Of a stretch of DNA of 40,907 nt, positions 21,160-32,803 are shown one piece after another. Within the stretch, counting starts at the first letter, position 1, and each line of letters opens with the position of its first letter. The translations under genes were made by a program, and so were the position numbers. Origin of the DNA: Vicugna vicugna (lineage: Eukaryota); the NCBI GenBank assembly GCA_013265495.1, contig MU057776.1:186001-226907 (forward strand), given 5' to 3'. The notes beneath the pieces are model-generated. The model worked only from the letters and a program-made list of their open reading frames with translations, did no database searches and was not told the origin of the DNA.

Positions 21160-23933
21160 GATTAGGGGATTACTGGTCAAGATGGCAGAGTAGCAGGACC
21201 AGGAGCTCGCCTCTCCTCGCGACTACAACAAAACCACAACTGACTGCTAGACAACCATCGAAGAAAGACAGGAACCTAGCAAAAAAGATGATCTTCAACT
21301 GGAAACATAAAGAGAGAACCACGTCAGGATGGCAGGAGGGGCGTGCTCGCAATACAATCGGGCCCCATACCTCCGGGTGGGTGACCCACAAGCTGAAGAA
21401 TAATCAGGTTCCAGAGGCCCCCCCACAGGAGTGAGAGCTCTAAGCCCCATGTCAGGATCTCCAGCCTGGGGTTCCGGCACTGGGAGGGGAAGGAGACTCC
21501 AGGACGTCTGGTTTTGAACGCCAACAGGGCTTAATTCCAGAAGCCCCACGGGAGTGGGGAAACAGAGACTTTATTCTCTTGGAAAGTGTGCACAGAACCA
21601 CGCATGTGCCAGGTCCAAGGGCAGAGGCAGTGATTTCATGGGAACCTGGGCCAGGCCTGCTTGCTGGTTTTGGAAGGTCTCCTGGGGACGTAGAGGATGG
21701 CTGCAGCTCACCCAGGGGACATAAAAGCTGGTGGCAGACATTCTGGGAGTGTTCCTCTACATGAGCTTTCCTGAAGGCTGGTATCTTCACTGGATGATTA
21801 GCACCAAGACCTAGCCCCATCCAACATCCCGTAGGGAAGCCTCAGGCCAAACAACATACTAGGTGGGAACACAGCCCCACCCATCAGCAGATTTCCTGAG
21901 CCACAAACACCTCTAGACAAGGCCCTACCCACCAGAGGTCCAGGACTCAGCTCCACCCGGCAGTGGGCAGGCACTGGTTCCTCCTGCCAGGAACCCTGCA
22001 TAAGCCTCTAATCCAGCCCCATCCACCAGGGGCAGGTACTAGAAATAAGAAAACAACAATCCCAAAGCCTATGGAAGGAATCCACAAACACAGGCCAGAC
22101 TCTACACTGGGACCAGCTGGACCCTGGCCCTTGGGTGACAAGAGAGGAGTGTACTGCTGGGACGCATCGGACATCTCCCACAGAGGGCCACCTCTCCAAG
22201 GTCAAGAAACGTAACTAACCTACCTAAAAATACAAACAGAAAGATAAACAATATGAGGCGGCAGAGAAATATCTCCCAGGCTAAGGCAGAAGATAAAATC
22301 CCAGAAGAAGAAATAAGTGATGAGGAAACAGGCAATTTATCTGAGAAAGGGTTTAGAGTAATGATGGCAAAGAGGTTCAGAGAATTCAAGAGGAGTACAG
22401 ATGCACAGAGCGAAGTTTTTGGCAAAGAGCTGGGAAAATATAAAGAATACCCAAACAGAGTTGAAGAGTAAAATCACTGAAATGAATAACACACCAGAAG
22501 GAACCAAGAATAGACTGGATCAATGAAGTAGAAGACAGATTCATGGAAATCACTACTGCAGAACAGAAAAAAAGAAGAAAGAATGAAAAGAAATGAGGAT
22601 AGTTTAAGAGAACTCTGAGACATGAGGCACACTAATATTCGCATTATAGGGGTCCCAGAAAGAGAAGAGAGAGAGGACCTGAGAAAATTTTTGAAGAAAT
22701 ACTAACCAAAAATTTCCCCAACTTGGGAAAGGAAACAGTCACCCAAGTCCAGGAAGTGCAGAGTTCCACACAGGATCAACCCAAAGAGGAACACACCAAG
22801 GCACATAGTAATAAAATTGACAAAAAATTACGAATAAGGAGAAAATACTAAAATTAGCAGGAGAAAAGCAACAAAAACGCACAAGGGAACTCCCATAAGA
22901 TTAGCAGTTGACTTTTCAGCAGAAACTCTACAAGCCAGAAGGGAGTGGCACGATGTATTTAAAATGATGAAAGGGAAAAACTTACAACAAAGAACACTCT
23001 ATCCAGTAAGGCTCTCATTCAGATTTGATGGAGAAATCAAAAGATTTACAGGTTAAAAAAAAAAAAGGCTAAAAGAATTCAGCATCACCAAACCAGCTTT
23101 ACAACAAATGTTAAAGGACCTTTTCTAGTCATCAAACCATAAGAAAAGAAAAAAAGAAGGAAGAGGAAAAAAAAAAAAAGACCTACAAAAGATTGCTTTG
23201 GTAATTTGGGGTCTTTTATGATTCCATGTAACTTTTGGAATTGTTTGTTCTAGTTCTGAAAAAAATGTCATGAGTACTTTGACTGGGTTTGCGTTGGCTC
23301 TGCAGATTGCTTTGGGTAGAACAGCCATTTTGATAATGTTAGTTCTTCCAATCCAAGAGCACAAGATAAGTTGCCATTTCTTTGTATCATCTTCAGTTTC
23401 CTTCAATAATGTTTCACAGTTTTCAGAGTATAGGTAACCTCCTTGGTTAAGTTTATTTCTAGGTATTTTGTTGTTTTTGATGCAATGGAAATATTTATGC
23501 CAGTTACAAAATTCTAGGTTTTGAAGTGAAAATAAAAAGTGACTGAAGGTCTGCAAATGGCAAAATAGCCTTCTTTCTTGTGGGTGAGTTGTATTCCATC
23601 ACGTATATGTGCTGCATCTTCTTTATCCATTCATCTATTGATGTGCACTTGGGTGCTTCCATATCTTGGCAATTATAAATAATGTTGCTGTTAATAAGGG
23701 GGTGTAGTATCTTTATGAATTAATTCTTATTTTGTAGTTGGCTTTATTCCTTTGATAACTATGTAAATTTAAAAAGATAAAGCTCTAAATATTCTTAGAA
23801 ATAATAGTACAATATGTAATTTTTAAAAAAATATGTGCAGTATATTGTGTGTATGTATTTACATGCAATATGTTGTATATGTACAGTCAAATTGTAACAA
23901 TTCTACCTAATGAAACTGAAAAATGAAAAAATT
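21160..23933 (+). mobile_element. Younger nested L1-derived insertion: 5'UTR, decayed ORF1 (~22253-23128), inverted ORF2 pieces (~23191-23495, ~23555-23730) and AT-rich tail
   Basis: Starts with YY1-type 'tcaagatggcagagtag'; ORF1 begins MRRQRNISQAKAEDKIPEEEISDEETGNLSEKGFRVMM; 'atattcgcattataggggtcccagaa' ORF1 motif; antisense ORF2 peptide (ILCSWIGRTNIIKMAVLPKAI); flanked by AAAGAAATCAAAGACC (21144-21159) and AAACAAATCAAAGTCC (23934-23949). Confidence 0.88.
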
Positions 23934-25690
23934 AAACAAATCAAAGTCCTAAATCAATAATAATCCATGTTCATGGGTAGGAAGATTCAATATTGTCACG
24001 ATGTCAGTTCTTCCCAACTTGATCTATAGGTTCAGTGCAATCCTAAACAAAATCCCCGCAAGTTTTGTGGATATTAGCTAACTGAATGTTTTCGGGAGAG
24101 GAAAAACACCCAGAATAGCCAACATAATATTCAAGGAAAAGGATAAACTTGGAGGACCAATAGTATCCAACTTCAAGGCTTATATAAAGCTACAGCAATC
24201 AAGATAGTGTGGTATAAACAAAAGAGTCGACAAAATAGATCAATGGGACAGAACAGAGAGCTCAGAAATTGACCCCCATAAATATGGTCAGCTGATTTTC
24301 AACAGAGGAGCAAAGGCAGTACAATGGAACAAACATGGTCTTTTCAACCTATGATGCTGAAACACTGGACATCCACGTAAATAAAATGTATCTAGGCACA
24401 GAACTTACACCTTTCAGAAAAATTAACTCAAAATGAATCATAGACCTAAATGTAAAACACAAAACTATAAAACTCCTAGAAGATAGCATAGGAGAAAACC
24501 TAGATGACCTTGGGCATGGTGATGACTTACGAGATACAATACCAAAGGCATGATCCATGGAAGAATCAGCTGATAAGCAGAATTTCACTAAAATGAAAGA
24601 CTTCTGCTCTGCAAAAGACAATGTCAAAAGAATGAGAAGATAAGTCACAGATGGGGAGAAAATATTTGCAAATGGCACAGCTGACCAAGGACTGTTATCC
24701 AAAATATAGAAAGAATTCTTAAAACTCAATAGTAAGAAAATGAGTAACCCAACTGAAAAATGGGCAAATGACCTTAATAGACCCCTCCCTCCCCAGAGAA
24801 GAGAGACAGAAAGCAAATGAGCACATGAAAAGATGCTCCACATCACACATCATCAGGGAAACGCGTGTTATAAAACAACAAGGTACCACTACACAACTAT
24901 CAGAACAGCCAAAGTCCAGAATATTGACAGCACCAAATTCAGCAAGGATCAGGAGCAACAGACTCTCTTCCCCCATCACTGGTGGGAATGGAGATGGTGC
25001 AGCGGCTTTGGAAGACATACAAAACTAAATGCAACCTCACCATGTCATCAGCAATCACTCTCCTAGGTATTTACCTAAAGGAGTTGAAAACTTATGTCCA
25101 CACTAAAGCCTGCACACATGTTTTTAGCACTTAATTCATGATTGCCAGAACTTGGAAACAACCAAGATGTCCTTCAATAGGTGAATGGATACATAAACTG
25201 TGGTACCTCACTACAAAGAAATGAGCTATCAGGCCACAAAGAGACACAGAGGAACCCTAAGTGAAAAAAGCCAATGAGAAAAAGATACAGATTGGATGAT
25301 TCCCACTGTGTCACATCATGGACGAGGTAGAACTATGGAGGCAGTAAAAAGATCAGTGGTTGCGAGGCGGCGGCGGAGAAGCAAGAGAGGGGCAACAGGC
25401 ACAGCACACAGGATGCCCTGGGCAGTGAAACTACTCTGCGCCCCACCATCATGATGAGTACGTGTCCGTGCACATCGTCTAAACCCACAGACGGTACGAC
25501 ACCCAGCGAACCCCTTCATGAAGCATGGATTCTGGGTGCCGACGACGCACCATCTCACCGTCAGTTGTAACGAATGTCCCATCTGGTGCGGTAATCGGAG
25601 GAGGCTGCGTACGTGGGGGCAGGGGTTCTATGGGAAAAATCTGTACCTTCCTCTCAGTTTTGCTGTTACCCTGAAACTGTTCCAAAAAAA
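23934..25690 (+). mobile_element. Old L1 (L1MB/L1MC-like) ORF2 3' part and 3'UTR (right part of the host L1)
   Basis: 'ccatgttcatgggtaggaagattcaatattgtcacgatgtcagttcttcccaacttgatctatagg' continues the fragment ending at 21159; ends 'ctgtaccttcctctcagttttgctgttaccctgaaactgttccaaaaaaa'. Confidence 0.92.
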
Positions 25691-25846
25691 CCCGGCTATT
25701 CTAAAGAATGAATGACATTAACAAAGAAAGTTGAATTACCTGACAATACATCTAGGGAAAGTGGACGAAAAAAATACAACGTTTACAGAAATGAAAGCCA
25801 CTGTACGTATTTCAAAAATACGAATAAATGCTGTTCAAACCCCAGT

Positions 25847-25942
25847 GGGGGTCGGGGGAGTCTGTAGCTCAGCGGAACAGCTTGCTTGGCACGCAAGGTC
25901 AGGGGATCTATCCTCAGAACCTCCAATAAAAAGCAAATAAAA
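25847..25942 (+). mobile_element. Short tRNA-derived SINE (camelid Vic-1-like), diverged
   Basis: A-box-like 'tgtagctcagcgg', then 'gcttggcacgcaaggtc', an A-rich tail and a near-duplicated flank aaac(cc)cagt. Confidence 0.65.
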
Positions 25943-26169
25943 ACCAGTCAGAAATACAGAACATGTTCTAGAAATGCATACAGAAAAGAGGTAGAAGTGA
26001 CGTTGAGGGGACAAGGGATTGTGGAGCACAGATGAGAGAAGAAAACACAGAGCAAAAAATATGTAACTGACAGGACGAAACACTGTTTTCGAAGGTGCTC
26101 CTAACCCCTCCAGACCACAACTCAGGCCCACTCTGCATCTGAACCTAGGCATGCTGTCCATCTGTACTA

Positions 26170-27300
26170 GACGGCGATGGTGGGACCCCGACGCCCACAC
26201 TTTGCTCGGAGTCAAAGAACCGACCTCCGGCCTGCATGTTAATGTCACGGCCGGGACCTTGCGGGGCGGCATCCTCTCCAGGCCAGACAGGTGAGGCCGG
26301 CCCGCGTCGGACTACCAGTCCCAGCCCGGCGGCGCGCAAGAGGGAGCCTCAGGGCCACCCTTAAGCTCACGAGCAACGTGGGAGAGCCGGGAACCGCCCC
26401 GCCCGCGAGGCCCCCGCCCCGGTCTGCAGTCGGCCGCCTCCCTCCCAGTCTACGGGCAGGGACAGGCTGTCGTCGTGTCTACGTCGGTCACTCTGCGGTC
26501 CGTCAGCGGGTGGCCCAAATAAACGACTGCCTGGCCGTGGCCAGTCCTCACGGGCGCCGGCCGTGGCCGGGCCGCGAGTGGACGCGCGCCGGGCGTTACT
26601 GAGGCCACACGGCCCGGGGAGACGCGCGCTCCCGGGGCGGGGCGGTGAGGCGGGGCCGCGAGGGCCGAGGCCGCGGCGCCGCCCAGCGAACGTCGGCGCG
26701 CTCCGAAGACGTCAGCGCCCGAGCCCGCCCCGCGCACGCGCGCCCGCCGTCCCGGCCGGGGCTCGCTGGGAGTCCGGCGGGGCGCCGCGTCTGCGCCTGC
26801 GCGGTCCCGGACCGTCCGCCAGACTTCCCTCCTCGAATTGAGTAACGGTCGACCTTACGCCGCTCTGAGGAGCCGACTCCCGGGAAGGGCGGGCGGCCCC
26901 GGCAGACAGGTCTGCCCGCGTGGCGCCGCAGGGTGTTGGGCCTTGGGCCGGGCTATCTGCCCGCCGGCAGCTCCGCCCCGTTAGGTCGTCCGAGACCCTG
27001 GGGAGCTGGGTGGGCAGCTCCTGCGGGCGGGAGCGGAACGCAAGCGGGACAGAGCCTCGCGGGGCCGCGGGGTCAGGGTTGCCCCGGCGGGGGGAGGGGG
27101 CTGGAAGGTCCGGAGGGGGTCCGCGTCCCAGCCCTTGCGCTGTTGGGCTGCCACCAGCCCCGGCGCCCACGCAGCTGCGCGGGCGCGCGGTGCCGGCCGC
27201 GTTAGTGGCATCTGCCGCCTTGCAGGCTGGCCTTGGGCCGGGACCTTGGAACCAGGCGGGCCCCCCAGAGGATGGCGTACGAGGAAGGTAGCCACGTAGG
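26170..27300. promoter_or_regulatory. Orphan CpG island / putative promoter without a recognisable coding gene
   Basis: Very CpG-dense; GC boxes; NRF1-type TGCGCCTGCGCG at 26792-26803; ETS core ACTTCC at 26823-26828; ORFs here are low-complexity and unrecognisable. Confidence 0.65.
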
Positions 27301-27509
27301 AGAACATGCTGTAAAGCCGGAAACGGTGAAAACAGCCTAAATGTCCGCCTGTACAGGTGGGCTGAGTGGAGACATTCGGAGAGCGGCTCACAGTGTGGCC
27401 GGGAGAAGTTAGCTTGTGCCCGCGCCCGTGGACGTGACACGTATACGCTGTACTCGTGTGTACGTTGTACACGGAGCTGGTCTTAGCTGAGATGCAGAGC
27501 TCCGTAACG

Positions 27510-27940
27510 CACGTTTCCTCCTGCTGCTGCAGGGAGTTAACCACGGACGTATTATTCTACACTTCTGGAGGCGGGGAGTCCAAAATGGGCCGCGGGGGGT
27601 CGAAGCCACGCTCTCCACAGGGCCGGTTCGTTGCGCGGGCTCCAGGCGAGAATCTGTCTGGGCCTCTAGACGTTGCCTTCCCCCACCTCCGGAGGGCAAC
27701 CCCTCCAACCTCTGCTTGCCCTGTGACGCTTCCTCTCTGATTTCCCGCTTTGCCGCTCTCTCTTATAAGGACCCTCGTGACTACATGGGGCCTATCCGAG
27801 TGATCCGGGGCGTTCTCCCCATCTCAAGATCCCTAACGTGGTCATATCTGCAAAGACCCCTTTGCCGCGTAAGGTGACTACTGACACGTTTGGGGATTGA
27901 CACGCGATGGAGTTGGGGGGCCGTTGTTCCAGCTACCATT
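27510..27940. mobile_element. MaLR MLT1 LTR, unusually CpG-rich
   Basis: 'ttctggaggcggggagtccaaaat', 'ctcttataaggaccctcgtgactacatggggcc', 'ctccccatctcaagatccctaac', 'atctgcaaagacccctttgccgcgtaaggtgac'. Confidence 0.85.
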
Positions 27941-28379
27941 CCCAATATCTCATTTTTATTTTAAAACGAGTGTATTGTGTGTACAGAAGGAATAGGAGCA
28001 CATACAGAGACACAGCCTTTGTCTCTGGAAGATGGACATTCTAGGGCCTTCCACTTTTTATGTCTTACGATTTTCCTGCAGAAAGCACATTCTGCTCACT
28101 TTATGCAAGTCACGTTAAAGTTGGTTTGGGTTCCAGCGCACCCAGAGTCCCCTCTCTGCCCACCTCCCTTCTGCCTTCCTCCATCCTCGCCAACTCCGGG
28201 CTGCAGTAGCCTCTGCCAGAAGCCCAGCACCACTCTCATTCTCCTGCGTCAAGGTGGGAGAGAGCCGCTCGCTGTCTTCCCTTGACGACTTGTCGACTTG
28301 CACTTGCTCTGCAGTGGGGTGGGGTGGTTGTCTGTGCTTAAGGGGCTCACCTCTGGGAAGCCCCTGGGCTCTCGGGATC

Positions 28380-28900
28380 CCGTGGCCCCACGTTGGTAGC
28401 CCTGGTCTCCTTGCGAGCTCCTCGAGCCAAGGAGTGGCCCCGCCAAATAGTCTCCCCAGGTTGAGTAGCCCTTCCTTTATTCCCCCAGAGACTGGACTCC
28501 CAGGCAACCAGTCAGTTCCCTGAGCCTCCTTTGGTACCGTTAGAGGTTGGTTGGTTTCAGTAGCTGACCATTTGGGCCACGTGCTCTTTCTTCTTCTCCA
28601 GCTTTAAATTCTTGCTCTTATGTTTTTAACTTACCAGTAGTGAGCCCGTGAAACCGTAGGCCCCCATCCTCAACCCCAGTAAAAGCAGAGCCCTGGGCGC
28701 CTGCCCTCACCCCACTCCCACCTCGCTTTGCAGCCCCAGGTGTGCCCTGTGCATTCCTACAAATGTGAGTAATAAACATTTTTTCCAAGTTTCCTAATGG
28801 TCTTTGCTGAAGGGTGTCTTGCAATCATAGTAAGAACCACGAGGGCCAGTCCAGCCTCAGGATTGGTTATGGTTCAGCCAAAAGGGGCACGAAACAGCGA
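28380..28900 (+). mobile_element. Probable solo ERV LTR (ERV1-type)
   Basis: TATA-like 'cagtaaaagcagagccc', poly(A) signal 'gtgagtaataaac' (~28791) and a U5-like tail typical of LTRs; boundaries approximate. Confidence 0.5.
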
Positions 28901-29104
28901 TGTTACAGATGATTTAACCACTTCCCTACTGATAGACATTTAGAGCGTCTGGAGGTTTGGACGGTTACACAGTTGCTGCAAAAAAGGCATTTTGAGCGTG
29001 TATCCTGAGCTCAGGCATGAATATGTCTTTTGACTGATACACAGAAATGGAGGGGTGTGTCAGTTCTCCATAAGCCAAACTGTGCTCCAGAAGCGGACCT
29101 CCAT

Positions 29105-29790
29105 GCTTGCTACCTGAAAAGCTGTGTTGGCCTCTTGGTGGGTGTCGAGCCCAAGTGCACAACTGAGCCAAAGATCGGGAGAAGGAAGGATTTATTATTA
29201 CTTGCAGCACGTAAGGAGAACACGGGGCTTCTTTCCCAAAGCAGTGTCTTCCCACAGAGCCCCAGCTTTATTTGATCGGAGTCAGGAGGGTCGGACGAGG
29301 TCAGCGCCATCGTCCCTTAGGGCCCGGGGGCGTGGTGGTTGAGGCTTCAGGCTGGTCTTTGCCACTGAAACAGAACTGGGAGTCTTTTTTCTTCTTCTTT
29401 TTTGTAATTTACCATCTTAACCATTTTTATTTATTTGTTGTTTTTGTTTGTTTTGGGGGTGGTAATTCGGTTGATTCAGTTCTTGTAATGGAGGTGTACT
29501 GGTGACTGAACCCAGGACCTCGTGCGTGCTCAGCACGCGCTCTGCACGGAGCTGTAGCCTCCCCCTCCAGCACTGGGAATCTTTACAGCTGGTATCTTTG
29601 CTGCTGTCACTTGGGTTGCCAGGCACTGTTTCCGTATTCCTGTGTTCACTGAAGATCATTATACTGAGACCAGTTCAAGGGCAAGCGCTGTGGCCAGGCT
29701 TAGACCACAAAATTGCTTAGGGCAAAAATGGCCTCTCGTGTCCAGAAAGCCACCCCAGGTTCTCTTTCTCCAGGGACTCCCTACCCTACC
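29105..29790 (-). mobile_element. Probable ERV LTR of cetartiodactyl type, interrupted by a SINE
   Basis: 'ggatttattattacttgcagcacgtaaggagaacacgggg...tttcccaaagcagtgtct' (antisense AATAAA) and 'gaagatcatt...ctgagacc...ggcaagc...ggccaggcttaga' resemble recalled ungulate LTRs. Confidence 0.55.
29385..29565 (-). mobile_element. tRNA-derived SINE (camelid Vic-1-like)
   Basis: Minus strand 'ggggaggctacagctccgtgcagagcgcgtgctgagcacgcacgaggtcctgggttcag...ccgaattaccaccccc' plus A-rich tail; TSD cagaactgggagtcttt (29371-29387) / cagcactgggaatcttt (29568-29584). Confidence 0.88.
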
Positions 29791-29949
29791 TACCTGCTTA
29801 CTGGCTCATCCAGTTCATCACAGCCACTGCAGATAACCGATGGTCACTCCCACCTTTTCCTGTCTGGCGTGTCTCAGGTATTTTCATTTCTGTGCTCTGG
29901 GAAACTCCCTGCCTGGCCTGTTGGCGGGAGGAGGCAGAGGAAGGGAAGA

Positions 29950-30950
29950 CCCGGCGAGTCTTCGTGGGGGCGGCCGGGCCTCCCAGCGCCTGCAGCCCCA
30001 CCTCCGGTTGGTGCCCCCTCCCCGCGAGCTCGCCTGCCATCTGTTCTGGGCGACACAGTGGTAAATCAAACAGGGACTTGGAAGGTTACGCCTGGGCCAA
30101 GCGGAAAGCGGCGAGGGCTTCCCTGGGAGCTTTGGCTCGGCGCACGGCTCAGAAAAAGGCCCTGCGCCAGGCCGAGGAGGGATGAAGGGCAGGCCGGTCC
30201 CTGGGGCCGGTGTCCCGCCGTGGGGGTCGGGTGGGCGAGGGCTACCAGACCTGGGCCTCCGGGCCGCGCCGGGCTCCGCCGCCTAAGCCCCGCCCCCGAG
30301 TCCCGCCCCCGCCCCTGGACCCGCCTCGCCCTCGCCCTCGCCCTCGCCCCGCGGCCCCGGCGGAAGCAGCGGCTCGGCCCTCGGGTCTGCGGTGGCGACG
30401 CGAGGTGAGGTCCGGCGTCCCGGGCGGAGCGGGCGCGGGCCGGGAAGCGGGGCGCGGCGGCCTCACTTCACTGGCCAGGCGAGCGAACTCGGGTGACCCT
30501 GCGGCGTTTCGGGGGCTCCCCGGCCCCTGACCGCCTGCGGACGGCCCCGGGGCCCAGGGAGGGCGTGGGGGCCGGGGGCGCCGGGAGTCCTCTCGGCGCC
30601 GCGTCTGAGCGGCCCCGGCCCAACCCCGCGTTGACCGCGGGTCGCCGGACACGCGGAGCCTCGGGCCGGCGCGGAGGGCGCGGAGGGCGCGGAGGGCGGC
30701 TCCGGCCCCGGGCTGTCCCCGGCGCGCCCGCGCCCCCCGCCGCCCCGCGGGCGCCGCCCCGGGGAAGGCCCAGGCCAGACCGAAGGCGGAACAGACGCGG
30801 CTCCGGTCGTGCGGCGCGGCCGTGCGCGGCGGCCTGTTACCCCGCGTTACTTACGGGCCGTTGTGGAGATGCTGGACCCAGGCCTTGGGGCCTGGGGAGC
30901 AGCCCAGCTGCTGGTCCCGGTTCCCAGTGAGCGCGTGGGCCCGACGTGTG
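29950..30950 (+). promoter_or_regulatory. RNH1 CpG-island promoter and non-coding first exon
   Basis: CpG island with GC boxes (~30287-30315), (CCCTCG)n run at ~30324-30350, ETS CGGAAG at 30361 and a splice donor GAG|GTGAGG after 30404; matching acceptor TAG| at 32783, 20 nt before the RNH1 ATG. Confidence 0.75.
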
Positions 30951-32803
30951 CTTGCTCCCATCCCGACCAGGTGCCCTAGCTGAGGGTGCTGAGGACGGTT
31001 GTACACGGCATCTCTGGGGGGATGTAACGCTTTTTCACGGATCCTGAAAGGGATCAGTGACCCCTGGAGGTGAAGAGGCGGCCTCCTGGTCCCAAGGGCC
31101 AACCAAAGGGATGCCCTGCGGTCCAGCCAAGTTGGGAGGTCGGGCCAGCTGCTGCGTATCAGTTCCCAGCCTAGAACGGAGTCCCCTAGCGTCACACGGG
31201 ATTCAGGGAGAGGCAGCAGAGCTGGGACTGGCGCCCCTCAGGGGTCCCTCCGTGCCACCTCCTTCCCCCCTCCCCTCGGGAGGGGTCAGAATCACCAGCT
31301 GTGAGCTCCCTGTTCCTGACTGACGCCTCTCAGGCCTGGATGGAGGATTCTGAGTCAGGGTTTGGGTGAGCACACTTTGGGCTGGGTGGGGCAGGTCTGG
31401 CTTTGCTCACATGCGCTGGGTTTGTCCGTGTGATGGTTGCGTCAGGTGGCCAGTTACCGATGTCCTCGCCCCAGTTTCTTAGCAGGCCCACCTGCTGGGA
31501 CGTGCAGTCGTGAGTCTTGCCTGCCCGTTGACAGGTTGGCACGGGGTGGGGGGCGGCCTCTGCTCAGCAGGAGTGCAACTAGAGCCTTGGCCTGGGCTGG
31601 CTCTTCTCCCCACTGTGGGCTCCGAACCAGCCTCGGGGTGGGAGGGGGAGCCCCCCTTCAGCAAGGCCAGGGCCGAGCCAGGCACGGGCACAAGCATGAA
31701 AGGAGCGCTGTTCTCAGAAAGCTGGGGTTTCGGGGAACCGAGAACCCGAAACCCCTCGTGGGCTGAGTCATCCTGTTTCCAGAGACCCGGAATGACACTG
31801 TTCCCAGGTGTGACTCTCCACTGAGCGTTCTGTCGCCCCCAGCCCCACCCCCAGTCTCCACTCATGGCAGCCCGTGGCTCCCTCTCCTGCTGGCCCCCAC
31901 CTTCGGGGCCACAGTGAGCCCCGGCCTGGGGCTCCGGTTCCTCTTCTATTCAGGCTCTGTGCTTGTCCCAGGTGAGGTTTCAGGGTCTGTGTGACCTCCC
32001 ATCCCATACCTGCTGGGCAAAGGCCTCCTGCTTTTCTCAGCCTGCGTGGTGAGCGGCCTGTCTGGGCTGGTCCCTCGCTGACCCAAGGTGCGGCAGAGGA
32101 CATGCCCTGTCCAGAGTCCCGGCTCCCAGAAGGGGATCATGGAATCGGGCACCCCAGGGAATGCACCGCCCAGAGTGCAGGCCACTGGACCTGGGGCCCC
32201 CACCCCACCTGCTCTGTCCTGTCCAGGGCACCTGCAGCTGGTGCCCCTCGGGAACTGTCACCTGACCACAGGCACCTGTGCCACCCACCCAGCTGCCTCG
32301 GGGCAGTGAGGCCTCAGGTACTCAAGTGCTGGGGGGACTGCGGCTTTGTGGGTGGTCTGCCTGGCCGGCACAGCCCCCCATTTCCAGTGAGCAGGCAGGG
32401 AGAGTTCCATAGCACTTGACAGATGTGGCCCCTGTGCTCCCTTGACTGGGGTCTCCACGCTGTGGCCAGGCCTGCAGCCAGCCCAGGCAAGTCAGAGGCA
32501 GGGCTGTGGGTGGCCAGTGTCAGTGCCAGGGGCTGGGGGAGCAGGGAGCCCAGTGGGCGAAGCTTCCCTCCACCCACCCCGGCTTTTCTGCTGGAGGCCG
32601 AGGTGGATAAAGGATCAAGGAGCTGAGGAAGGGGAAGGAAGCAGGCGAGGGAGAGACTGGCTCCTCCACAAAGCTTGGCCGCTTGGGGTCCTGTTTGGAT
32701 TCCCCTCGCTGTCCCCCCCCCCATCTGCTGGGTCTCTGGCCTCTCGAACCTTGAGAGAATTTCTCCCTCTGCATCTTGTCTAGGAAAGACTTCACCTCCC
32801 GCC

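Noticed and set aside
22253..23128. Possibly intact or domesticated L1 ORF1
   Set aside because: Stop at 22471 and further disruptions; a decayed copy.
24349..24846. 165-aa hydrophobic minus-strand ORF
   Set aside because: Antisense reading of L1 ORF2, a common false positive.
26291..27544. ORFs of 92-242 aa in the orphan CpG island
   Set aside because: No recognisable domain or exon structure; GC-driven open frames overlapping repeat relics.
29713..30930. 231-aa and 145-aa ORFs across the RNH1 promoter
   Set aside because: They begin in an LTR relic or CpG island, have non-ATG starts and are low complexity.
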